64,000 nucleotides of DNA from Fimbriosthenelais zetlandica (Eukaryota), in assembly GCA_977030845.1 (NCBI GenBank), contig OZ365119.1, positions 8,804,001 to 8,868,000 on the forward strand, in the 5' to 3' direction. Below are positions 52,301 through 64,000 of the stretch, one piece after another. The position numbers and the translations under genes were made by a program. The first letter of the stretch is position 1, and every line of letters begins with the position of its first letter. The notes under the pieces are model-generated. The model had not been told where the DNA came from, did not search any database, and saw only the letters and a list, made by a program, of their open reading frames with translations.

Positions 52301-54869
52301 ATTTTTCTACAAGTTTCACGGAGATGATTGATTTGATTCTTTGTTGGGCATCAGGTTGGCTTAACGCGTAATGAGGAAAATGATTGAACTAATGAGCCAA
52401 CTTCTCTTCCCTGCCCTGGCTTCTTGGCTGTTTTAAAGTTGATTAATTGACGCGCGTCTTTCCGGATTCATCTAGTGACATGGCTTGGCAACAGATGGCG
52501 CCTAGATCAAAACAAGCAGGTCTGATATGAAACTTGAAAACTTAGATTGAATTACCGAACGAATTTCTAAAGCTTATAACTCGAAAATTAATACAACAAT
52601 TATTCTTAAATATTTAAGGCTGATTTCTAAGGATCTGCGGATGTCGTCTAGGCAGTTTTTAGTTCAAGTGACTTGAGTATCAATAGATCAACATTAAATT
52701 TTATGTTTTGGGTTCTGAGGATATCACCTACTGTAGGTAGTTTTTGGTTTGAGCAGGCAGATTAATCTCTCTGGTTCGAGTAGCTTAATCCTGAACATTC
52801 AATTTGATGTTTCGGGTTCCAAAACCTGTGCTAAACAGCATGTTCCAAAAGCTGTGCTAAACAACACATAAAAACTAACTAAACACCTTAATCAAGCTAC
52901 CAATAAGGAATTCCCTGGAGCAATCCTCTGAAAGGTCCATCAATAATTCAATGATATACTGTCCCTCCTTTTGAGTCCAAGTATTAATCAGGGAACATCC
53001 CATACAGGGTGTGAGACTCTTCACACCCCTCTCAGTCCCCTCCCATTCACACCACATCTATTTAATCTAGCCTCTCACACCTCCGTCCGTGAAAAGTGGT
53101 TCAATCCAGGTCCAATCTCCTGTGGCTCAATCCTAACTTACGGACGCCATTGTGCAACACTTAATGACGTCACATCCGCTAAGTGCCCACTGGAAATCAT
53201 TACCATAATGAAGTATTCTGGGATACAAACATTGCAATGAGTCACGACACGAGCATTGTAGAGTTAGAATACTTCCCTTATGTTCTTATACATGTATGCA
53301 CTAATTAAGGCTACGTAATTATAAAACAATATCGTAAGTCAATCAAAAGTTGGCATGAAAGGTGAAAAATATATAGCTGTCACTTGGTATGGGCCGTAAA
53401 GCAATACAAGGAGATGTGAGTTGACAGGAGAGCTGATAAAACCTCATATTGACTGTCAGCTCCCGGTGACGGGTCTTGCCTCACACATATGTTCCTTCCC
53501 AGGACTTGCTTGGTTTGGCTCTCTGTCTCTATACCCATACACATCAAGAAATAAGCAATATGTCATACCAATATGCAGCTCAATATGTCCTGGAATATCC
53601 AGAGACAAAAACCAACAAGCGACTACATCACTAGTCCTTCCCAGAAATCTCCATATTGCCAAATTTGTGAGGCAGTATCTCGGCTTCTAAATGGAATCTT
53701 GAAAAGATTCTTTTACCGAAATGTAGACAATTTCGGACACTATACCGCCCTGAGGTAATATGTCGGAATATAACACTACAGTGGCTTCAGATAATACTGG
53801 GGTAACCTGAAAAAAAATCAGACCCTAAAGTAAAAATAGCATCTTTCAGGGCTTTAAATAAACCAGAATGTTCTATTCCTGGGCGGGCTAAATCCAGGTA
53901 CCCCCACCCCCACCCCCGCCCCGCCCTTACTCACATCCTGACGTGCACCGTCTAGTAATTACTTGACGTCCTACACGTCAAGGCTTTTGTCTTCTTTTGT
54001 CTATTCCCCCGCCACCTTGACGCCATGACAAAAAACACCTAATTGGTACTGATGTCTTGAGATCTACCAACATTGAATCATGCACGGTGCTTTTGAGCAA
54101 CTGGATCTACATAAATGAATTATTGTACGGTAAACATTGATGCTTACAGAAATCTGTTCCCCAGGATCAGTTTTGTTTATACACACACTAGAGAATGTAT
54201 TATCCCATAAATCCCCGCGGTCACGTGGCTACAAATAAGTGGGTCACGCCAATGGAGGCTTAATGACAGCTGACCCCACCAGGGTCAGAGAGGTCAAGGT
54301 CGAGGCCCAGAACGAGGTCAGGAGCCGTGTTTAAGTCCATTTCATCTGATAATAGCAGGGTAGACATGGTGATTCATAACATAATCGCCAAAATACACTG
54401 ATCTATTTGTGACGACTCCAAAGATCATGAGGCTTGCTTCAATCATGGTATCACCAGATGTAATGCACGGCCGAGCAGCTCTCAGCTTATATATGCCACA
54501 TGCTGCTGGTTCCTGAAGCACCGACCAACATCTGTTCTACCATTTTCCAAGTATTTTCTCTTTGTCAACTGACATTGGGTGGACTTTAGATCATATTTGC
54601 AAGCCACAAATCATGCTTAATGCGTTGATGAAGGAAGCATGTCAACGGACGGAGTGGTTCTCAGGCTCTAATTAATTACACTCATACCCCTTTATTTTTC
54701 CCACTGAACACAAGAAGCAAAGGAACCAAGCCCCTCCATCGTCTCTCCGCCCACCCTCTCCCCACAGTCCTGGAGTGCCTGCCATGCCATGCCAACGGAA
54801 ATATTTGCGGCTCGGATCGTAATTAAAGAAAAAAGAGGACTAATCACCAGGATACTTTGAAAAGATTTC

Positions 54870-54895
54870 GGGGTGGGGGGGGGGGGGGGGGGGGG
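54870..54895. repeat. Poly-G tract
   Basis: GGGGT followed by about 21 consecutive G. Confidence 0.95.
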
Positions 54896-54980
54896 AGTCG
54901 TCGCGCAAGTCTCGTTCAGATAAGGGTCATGTGTCCACGTGATTTGAGATGAGATGGAGGCTCGTGGGTGGGAAAGAGGC

Positions 54981-54990
54981 TGGTGGGGAC

Positions 54991-55023
<33 letters not shown>

Positions 55024-55136
55024 AAGCAAGAGAGAGAGAGGGGGCTAGAGGGAGAGAGAAAAGTAGAGAGAGAGGGACAAGCAGAGAGAGGCAGAGAGTG
55101 AGAGTGAAGCAGAGAGACAGAGTCAGAGTGAGAGGC

Positions 55137-55178
<42 letters not shown>

Positions 55179-55276
55179 GGGGCCAGAGGGATAGAGAAAA
55201 GCAGAGAGAGAGAGGGAGAAGCAGAGAGAGGCAGAGAGTGAGAGAGAAGCAGAGAGAGAGACAGAGTCAGAGTGAG

Positions 55277-55323
<47 letters not shown>

Positions 55324-55330
55324 AAGAGAG
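54981..55330. repeat. GA-rich compound repeat with a ~140-bp higher-order unit (2 copies)
   Basis: The block aagcagagagaggcagagagtgagag...cagagtcagagtgagaggcagagag occurs twice within GA runs. Confidence 0.93.
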
Positions 55331-56719
55331 TGGCAAGGCAAAGGGGCAAAGAAGGGAGAGATGCCTTTTGTCTGGCTCTAGTTTGAGGCTCATTAACTTT
55401 GGACAAGGAAAGGTGGAGTGGTCGAAGCCCCAGGCAGACGCGAGACTGAAGGGAATGAGGAACGAAGGTCACTCACTGTGTGTCGGGGGACTGAGGATGA
55501 GAAATGTGGGTGGAAAATGAGATATCAAGCTTGACCTAGGAGTAGTAAATGTTCCAACAGCTTTTAGTGTATTTTCCTACAAAAAGAATTGATCAAATCA
55601 CGAAACAAATTAAAGGGAAACACAACAGAAGGTCTTAGAATAACATAGGGGCAGGTGTTTAATACCGTGAAATGGAGTAGGCGTGGCTTGTTGCTACTGA
55701 ATTAAGTTGATTGACATTTTATGTCCATCCACCTGTCATGATAAGTTGTCGAAACAACATCATCTCCATTAGCTTCCCAGATTGGTCACGCTCGGCAACC
55801 ACGCAACCACAAACAAACATAGTACAAGGTCCAGTGGCACCGCGCCCGGGTCAAGCTTGCTGTAATAAATAGGATGATAACTAAAAAATTGTTGAAAAGC
55901 AATGTTGAACCCCATCCAACTCAAAAACAGGGTAGAGTGGCCAGTCCAAGCAACTCCTCCCCCCCCTTTAGAACTTAATCTTTGTTAATTAGGCCTCTTA
56001 ATTAGTAGCGATTATGTTGGATGTCCACTAATTGAGCTATAATTAATGTTTCATAGTCAGGATTAGAAGGGATCATATGTCTTAAAGGTGTATAGGGTCA
56101 CCTGGGGTTTGGTCATTCAGTGCCAGAGGTAAATCATTATTAATTAACGTCAGAGCACTTCCCATCAGCTGCACCTTCATTATTCACCGTCAGTAAGTGT
56201 AAATAGTTCATGTCGAATCCATCAACTCTCAATTGAATGATAGCTATATTAGTCATTCACGACAGTTAACTGCCTTAGGCAGGTTGCTTCTGTTACCAGA
56301 TTGATATCCCGGTAAAGAAAGCACTCAGCAATACTGATATGTGTAAAGTACAGCCCGTGTGGCGTATGCTGCGTTTTCCCCTTTTGTACCCGGATGACAA
56401 TGACTGTAATCAGGTCCTCACAGCCTAGCGCGCATCTAGTCACCTCCCCACCTCACGCACGGTCCTCCCTCTACCTTCAAACCCAATTACACAGATATAT
56501 CTGCAGGGGAAATATGCCCCCCGTCAGAGAAGCAATTTATTTCAGATGACACCGTCATAGCAGCAGCCAATAAAAGAGTAAAACACAAGAGTAGGCGATA
56601 ATAAAGGAAAGTAACCACGTCCAGGAGCTGCCTTTGTTGCTAGTTCTCTGATCAACCAACCGTGGCGCCACACACTGACCTCTCATAGTAACAGAGGTCA
56701 TGCTGGTTAATGCAAGCTT

Positions 56720-56737
56720 TAGCCACCAGGGGGCATG
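56720..56737 (+). promoter_or_regulatory. CTCF-like motif
   Basis: tagccaccagggggcatg closely matches the CTCF consensus. Confidence 0.5.
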
Positions 56738-59700
56738 CATTCAAAGCCCCCTACATGACCCGGATTCAGTCCAAGGGGTCAGGGTTTATAAATTAAAGAT
56801 ATGGATTCTATGGCTACTGTCCGTTTTAATTAATTTTATCTGTGTAACTCCCCTTGTCGCGAGTTTGCTTTGTAAGGAGATACCCAACACAGTCCTTTGT
56901 CAGAGCATTTCAATATTCAGAGTCTATCCATCTTCTGGCCTAGACAACCCATTTTATGGTCTGTCATTTCTACATATAATAGTATCTGTTCAGGCGAAAT
57001 TTATTGGGAAATCAATTGAGTGCATCTGGGTGGTGTAAGGTGATAGTTAGAGGCGTGTTATCACCAGAGAGGGCGCCCTCAGTGAGAGAGACATGGAGTG
57101 AGAGATAGAGACGGATGTCACATAGACTGGGTTACACCTCACCCTATCACTCTCACTCAGGAGTTCAAATCTAGTGAGATCTATCAAAAACACATCAGGA
57201 AGTCCCCTTTCCTGTACTATCTAACGGTCTAATTCTTCGAAATCCGCCCAAAATTCTGAAACTGATTCTTATTTTTTGAATATTCATGAATAAGTTTTGA
57301 ACGTGGAAAGTTTAACTTGGCTGTACTTGCAGTATTTATAGATAGTATGCGGTCATAGTCAGATATTTGATCTGGATGTCCATGTACATATCTGTTAACA
57401 GAGACACAGACAATGTCTGATTACTTTCTAAGTAAGCCCACTCCCTTGTTGAGGCAGTCTGGGGTATTGGGTGACATTACGTGCGGACGTGCCCTGCTAC
57501 TTGACTCCCAACTATTTACCGACAATACGGCATCTGTCAACTCTTAAAGGAGCAGGTGAACAGAGTGGCTTTAAGACAAACACACCTTCACTAAGATTTG
57601 GTCAACCAGCCAGACTGTTAAAATAGCAATTGATGATTCGGTCTTAACTGCATCATAAAGTGACATTGAAACACAGGTCTACACGTACTTCTTCTAAGAT
57701 TTTGTCAGTCAGCCAAACTGTTAAATGCCATTCATAGAATAGCAATTGATGCTCAGTGAATCAGGAAAACAAGCCAGCAGATGTAAAATAATGGACTGCT
57801 GTAATATTTATACATGCTTTCAATGAGTAACCCCTGGAGTAACAGCTTATAAACTGGCACACCTACGGAGCGTGGGTTATAGAAGTAGTAGTATAGAATC
57901 AGGGCGTATTATCTGGCGCGTGCTGGTAGTATCATTCCACTTGACTGAGTCATACGTACATGTGTGTATATGGAGGTATTCCCGGCATCAGCTGGCATGA
58001 TTACTCACCATTATACGGACGGCCATGAAGCATGTATGGCCCGGTATTAATGGGTAAACCAGCATGTGTTGCCATTCTCTGAGCGGACTGATGCCCCCAC
58101 ACAACAATAAAAACACACAAACATGATATGAATTTAGATATATCATCATAGAAATGATTATCTGTATGCACTGGGGAACAATTGGTGTTGCGGCATTTAC
58201 AGCCCTGCGTATAGGTCTAGTTTGCTGCCTATTCGTTTGTTTTTATGTTCCCTCAGTTCGATATCTTTCTGTCTATGCATATATCGATGATATTTGTGTT
58301 TTTCTGTCTCTGCATTCTCTGAAACACTGTCTATTTATCGGTCTACCTTTACATGCAATGACTCCGGAAAGTGGAAGAATCATCCAACCCAATATCTGAA
58401 ACTGACGCAGGACCATCAGGTTCCACTTGTGGGGAAAAACTCTTCCAGTTCCACCCAGTCTTTCATCGACTGAAACAAGTTTCTTTCCCCATACAAATCC
58501 AGTCGAACAACCAGAACAGAACACTTCGATCTGGCATCTCCACTTTCAAATTTCACATCCACTTCTTCTATTCCCATGAAAGAGAAAGTCGAATTTCTTT
58601 TTGATACTTCAAAGCAGAACAACAAACCTTTCTGAGGAAAGTCAAGAATCTTGACTCCACATATACGTTTCGTGGCATAGATAACATAAAGGAACTTGAT
58701 ACAATGTGTATCTCCTTGAGATATTCTATTTGTCGACCTTCTCGTATGAGAATAGATTCAGACATTTAGACAAATACAAGGAGACTGACAAACAGTTAAC
58801 GAAAATACTGTCAGCTCTGCATATACAGGACTGCCTCTCTTAAGTTTTCGCTTAAAACCTACAGAACCTCTCCAACTTCAACTCTCCTCCTTGTCAACTA
58901 ATTTATTCTCCATATGACCTGCGCAGCCATTCCAAACAAAGACCCACCCCAATAGCAACCTGCAGTTGTTTGCTTCCCTAGCACCATTTTTGCGAGCGAT
59001 CACATGACACCAGAAAGGTCACATGACTCGTATTACCCACTCTCATTGGTCAAGTGTGTTATTTTTAAGCTCGAGCTCTGCCATGTCAATATTTAAAGTT
59101 ACTCCATATTCAAACGGGCAAAGTTTAACATGCTAAAGAGGTAATATAATTCCTGGTGCTTTCCAGGCCTCCTCACAATCGTCCATGCATTAAAGGGATC
59201 GTTTTCCTCTGCAAATTCACAAGGGCATCAACCACAATTTCAATCTATGTTCCAGAATGAACTATTTTAGTCCTTGTTGTTCTAGGGCCTTGTGTTTACA
59301 GGGTCACATGACCATTGAAGTAGAATGAGTGATTTCTCTGAGACCCGGATGCTCTCCTTTCCCTTTTCCTTCCCCTTCTCCCCCCTCCCCCTCCATGGTT
59401 ACCATGGCACCATGCCACAGGTGGGTTCTGAGCCTATCAATCACGACATGTCCCCGACCCGTCCACCATCCCCCCATCCATCAGCCCCGACCTCCTCTTA
59501 AAGTCCTCCTTCTCCATTTTGTTGTTTCTTTCTCTCACAAAACTTCTTTCTGAATGCTATTCTAAACACGATTTTTTTCCCATCGGGGAATCTGTGGAGA
59601 ACAGATTGCAAAACTAAAAAGAAGTGCCCCCACCCCCTGCCAATGGTGACGGAGGCCTGAGACAATAATATTAATTCCCATCTACAGACCAATTAATGCA

Positions 59701-59830
59701 GTCCTGAATAAAGTGCAAACCCTACAGAAAGATCAACATACATGACCTGAACAATCTGATATTCATCCTTAGGGCAAACACCATCGCTCACCATTCACCC
59801 ATACATTGATTCTCCAACTCTCCTGATCCT

Positions 59831-59848
59831 AGGGGGAGGAGAGAGAGG

Positions 59849-59880
<32 letters not shown>

Positions 59881-60125
59881 AAGAGAGAGAGAGAAAGAGA
59901 GCAAGACATAGAGCAGAGGGAGCTAGCAAGGGAGAGAGAGAGAGCAAGACACAGATAATGCATGAGATGGAGAGCAAGGGAGAGGAAGAGAGAGAGAGAG
60001 ATAGAGGGAGGGAGGGAGAGAGAGAGAGACAGAGCAGAGGGACCTAGCTAGGGAGGGAGAGAGAGCAAGACACGGATAATGCATGGGATGAGAGCAAGGG
60101 AGAGAAAGTGAGAGAGAGAGAGAGA
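59831..60125. repeat. GA-rich compound repeat with a ~120-bp higher-order unit (2 copies)
   Basis: The block agagcagaggg..ctagc.aggga..gagagcaagacacRgataatgcatg.gatg.agagcaagggagag occurs twice. Confidence 0.93.
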
Positions 60126-60669
60126 TCCCCAGATCACCCACCAAAATAACCCCTCTAGTATATCATCTTTCTGATCTGGTCACCCTGGTATATCTGCCCT
60201 GAGTCCATCCACCCTTACATCCCTCCAACTCTCGAGGTGGAAACATGCTGGTCAATAAAGACTAAAAAAAGCCAGATTGGTTCGGTCCATGGTTCCATCC
60301 AATAACATCAAATATTGAGAGGATGAGGAGGGGCGTAGTCCGGGTATCAGTGACTCTCGTCCCTTTATAAACAGAGAGGTGGAGGAGTACTGGACTGACT
60401 TAACTCAGTCATACTCTGATCAATACAGATTGACCCTTTACACACCAGCCTCCCACGGGTTATGTGGACAGCTTCAAAATTACATTCCATTTAGGAAGTG
60501 GACTTATTACCGCAGTTGTAGCGTTAGGTTTTCTTGGCAGTTTCAGTGTATAATTTCAGTCAGATTTCAGATTCCTAATTGTCAGATTGTGATTTTAGTG
60601 ATGCTATCTAATGCTCCTGCCATACAGATAGCCTTAGTTTATCACATAGCATTAAGTTATGCTTTCAAT

Positions 60670-60760
60670 CATTCATTCATTCATTCATTCATTCATTCAT
60701 TCATTCATTCATTCATTCATTCATTCATTCATTCATTCATTCAGTCATCCATCCATCCAT
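60670..60760. repeat. (CATT)n tetranucleotide microsatellite grading into (CATC)n
   Basis: About 18 perfect CATT units, then cagt catc catc catc. Confidence 0.97.
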
Positions 60761-62035
60761 TGTGGTATTAGCCATGATTTTGATGCATTATAGTGGACAT
60801 GTATAGGTCCATGACTGGGATATACATACCATCCATGGGAGAGTTCAATTGGGGATGATATATATACAGGAGGAAATGTAACAAAGGGTAACAATGTGGA
60901 GTATTGGGTGAACATATTGACAGGAGGAGATAGATGGTACTGTAAATGGGTCAGGAGGACATGTATGGGTCCTCACTGGAGGGATCACTCATACAATATC
61001 ACATAATTCACTGATCCACCTAGATTCAACTCGCAATCACATCCCCGACCACCCTCAGGCCCACCATTAATGTGGATTTTTCCCATCGATTTCTGTCCAT
61101 GCTTATATATGTGTGAGAACTGACAAACGGATGTATGCAAGTACAGACAGACAACCTCCATAATTCAACTGTTCAGTGACCAACTATACGCTGACTTGCT
61201 CTCTGGGAATGTACTCTTTTCTCACCAAAAAACATTCAATTTTCTTGACAGTAACGAAGCAACTGCATCATTGCATGCCAAAAATGTGTGTCGAAAACGT
61301 GTTATTGGCACAGGTTCAATTCTGGATGTGAAAATTGCTAGGCAACTGAAATTGACTTTGCATAGCAATTTCACTTTTGCCACCAGAAGAATGCAGATGA
61401 TCACGATGCGAATTTGATTTTATATCGCAAATATGTCTAATTAGATCGCAGAATGCGATGCAAAACTGGAAAAATTATACCCTAAATTCGGTAGAGAACT
61501 GCTTTGGTACCACTAATATAATTATAGCCTATACTAGAGACTTCAAGCAAGTCTTGTAGCAGTCCTATAGTCTTGGGATGCACTGCGCATGGGCAGGAGG
61601 AGTCAACTTCCTTTCCCAACCAGCACTCAGCCTCGCTTTGATCCTCTAAACTGGATCCGGAAGTTCACCTGGTACATACAGGCCTCTGGGGTCATGTGAC
61701 CTAATAGATTGTCATGTGACCGGCTTGTGAGGGGGAGAGTATCTCCCATGGAAAGAATGTACTGTGCCTAATATGTAGCGCACACTCCGAATCTACCCTG
61801 TATTTTAATAAAAAAATATAGAGCAAGCAAACTGTGGGAGCTGGTTTTTAAGTACATGTCAATTCGACGCACCTATCGATTTCGCATAATTAGAAGGAGC
61901 GACTGAGGAGAAAGGAAAGATGAGATCTTTAAAACAAGATGGTGTTGTTCAATATTGTGAAGCCAGTTTAAGATTTTTTTCAGCATATATTTAAACAAAC
62001 TCTACCTTGTCCTTCAGCATGAGAGGATAAAAAGA

Positions 62036-62068
62036 GCTCACCTACAAATAGAAAGAAAAAACAAATTA
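62036..62068 (-). other. Candidate recursive splice site (or start of a 36-nt exon), junction at 62042/62041
   Basis: The minus strand reads aatttgttttttctttctatttgTAG|GTGAGC, with a very strong polypyrimidine tract. Confidence 0.55.
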
Positions 62069-64000
62069 ATGGAAATACGACGATGATGTTCTGCAAAACA
62101 ACTGAAAAAACATACATATCGGTTGACACATTTCAGACTAAATTCGTGACGATTTTCAGCTGTGTCTCTCAAGGGATCAATATATATCTCGGACAGGCAC
62201 ATTAGTATGCATGGCCGCCCCTAGCGGATCTTGCTGGCATTGTTTGCTCCGTGAGGGGGCATCTTTTGTTCGCATTAATCCTATTCTCTTTTTCTAAGGG
62301 GGCGATCATGTCCTGTGACATGGCAGAGATCTTCCACTGCTTCCGGCGCATGACAGCGCAGGCCTTAAGAATCTTCTCTCAGCTTCTTTATGCTCTTCAT
62401 ATTCCAATGCTGCTGAAGGGGATCCAGATAAATGTTCTTTCCTCAACATGATCATCTAAAGTAAGCTTATATTACATGGAACTTCTACAGCAAACTAAAG
62501 AAGCACATCAGAAAATATATGTCTCTTTTCTTTACAATTAATGGAAAGTTTCCGACATGTTTCCTTCGTGAAATGCCACGTAGGAGGTAACCTCAACAGA
62601 CAGGAAGTACCTCTATCACGTGGTACAAGGGGAAGTTAATGCTTGCTGACACCAGGGGGCATTGGCTGACATCCGGGGACCTGTGTGAGGCGCCATTATG
62701 GCTGACAAACGCCGGGTGCTGGTCATGTAGGTACCGGAAAGGCTTGTATGTGCAGGACATGGAAGAGGTCAAGGTACAGAGCCCTCTGTGGTCAATGTAA
62801 GTGTATGGACTTATAAGGCAGTCATAATGCTGTATGTCTGTAACATGCCAATGGCTCATCTTAGGGTGGCAAGGTCAGATTGGTAAAGAGGTGGGCGAAA
62901 AGCTTACAGGGTGGTCGCTGCCTGAGATATTGTGTGCTTACCAAACATATTTACACAGATTTTTTATAAGCAATCAACTTGAATATTCAACTAACCATTG
63001 TTCGTCATATTTGATCTGTAAATGGAATTCATAATTTTGCTTTTTTGGCTTCCAATTTGACTCACAGCATACATTAACTGTGTTAATGAACCTGAATTAA
63101 CCTGCTGACATAATTGGGCTTTGTTTGAGACCAAAAAACTACTTCTGACATGGCCTCATACAACTTTTACAGTACGTAAACAAACAGGGCATTTCAATAA
63201 TCAGAATGTGTAATTTAATTTTACCAGGCTCCCCTGGGCTTACTTAACAATCAAGCATTTAGACACAGGGTTGGGAAGGGTCAGCCTTGATGTAGATCGC
63301 CCTCCCATCTGTCAGCCTCTTCCCGGCTCATTAGCATGTATTCATCCGCCTCTTCTACACCGCGGAATGATACCATCAAGACACGGAATGTAGTTCCATC
63401 AAAAACCTCTCCAGCCACTGATACGCATTGTTCGTCGGGATCATTGAACGGGTGGGAATCTCATTGTTCCCGTCCTTATTTGCCAGGCAATGTTGGGCGA
63501 CAATTCGCGATAGCATCAGCCCTGGGGGCGTTCCACAGCCGTAAACCTATTGGTCAAAGGCTCTGATGGCAAGCTACGCCCTCCAGTCAAAAAAGTTCAG
63601 TGGATAAGATTAAATCCAGAGGACTACGGTTGGTTAGAAATCAAAGCAGGGATGGGAGAAAGTGGATTAGATGTTGGGGTAAAACGGGTGGGGCATGCAT
63701 GTCTGTGACCTCACCATTAACCCCAATTCATCAGCCCTAACTGGCAATCTTGGTCTAATTGAAAAATAGACAGCATGGTTTTGTCTCTTAGAAAATGGAT
63801 TCCATCGTGTTTCCTTGATACTCCAGCTCCTCTTGTAGCTAATAATTGCCTCTGAATTTGAAACTTGACAGGAAATTTCCCTGTAACCTTACAAGCATGG
63901 CCCCCAGGACGTGATCCTTCCCTGTTTTAAGTCCCGATCAAACTCAGGAAGTAATTGCTGCACTGAACTTAAAGAGAAGCTGCAAAATGAGCAGTCAAAG

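Larger units (their letters stand above)
26549..64000 (-). other. Probable very long upstream intron (intron 1-like) of the NCAM/Fas2-like gene
   Basis: The exon needs a phase-1 upstream exon carrying a signal peptide. No convincing ATG + hydrophobic segment + phase-1 donor was found by eye between 26549 and 64000. Confidence 0.55.

Noticed and set aside
53130-53150. cacaATGGCGTCC|GTAAGT mini first exon on the minus strand
   Set aside because: It is phase 0, incompatible with the phase-1 Ig exon, and has no signal peptide. ATGGCG also fits a YY1-like motif.
54692-55520. Longest ORFs in the track (233 aa, 181 aa; LSLSLS/RERERE)
   Set aside because: These are translations of GA/CT microsatellite. 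The same applies to 16440-16809 and 59795-60144.
56555-56740. Minus ORF MHAPWWLKLALTSMTSVTMR followed by a phase-1 AG|GTCAGT donor, as the possible signal-peptide exon
   Set aside because: The hydrophobic core is short and weak, the donor is modest, the start overlaps a CTCF-like motif, and a stronger splice junction at 62042 implies transcription begins further upstream. It is not fully excluded.
58979-58995. miR-29-like word tagcaccattt
   Set aside because: Only an 11-nt match, with no star arm.

Overview
This is animal genomic DNA, not prokaryotic. It has no long ORFs, many microsatellites, and CTCF-, RFX- and CCAAT-like motifs, which suggests an invertebrate bilaterian; the species cannot be determined from the window. 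Almost all of it appears to be intron of one large minus-strand gene. The only convincing coding piece is a 160-bp phase 1/phase 2 exon (26389-26548) encoding the N-terminal half of an Ig domain of the NCAM/Fasciclin-2 type. I found neither the signal-peptide exon nor the second half-Ig exon, so the flanking introns are probably >37 kb and >26 kb. The best lead is three strong polypyrimidine-YAG|GTRAG junctions (about 62042, 49369 and 3567), all on the gene's sense strand, which look like recursive-splicing ratchet points. There is also a candidate in-frame 9-nt microexon at 24528-24536. The introns also carry repeated full RFX X-boxes, a CTCF-like motif cluster, many TCACATGA E-boxes, a two-spacer minisatellite, higher-order GA repeats, short TIR-bounded elements and decayed TE-like relics. 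All coordinates, counts and alignments were done by eye and need computational confirmation. Nearly all ORFs in the supplied track look like chance ORFs.
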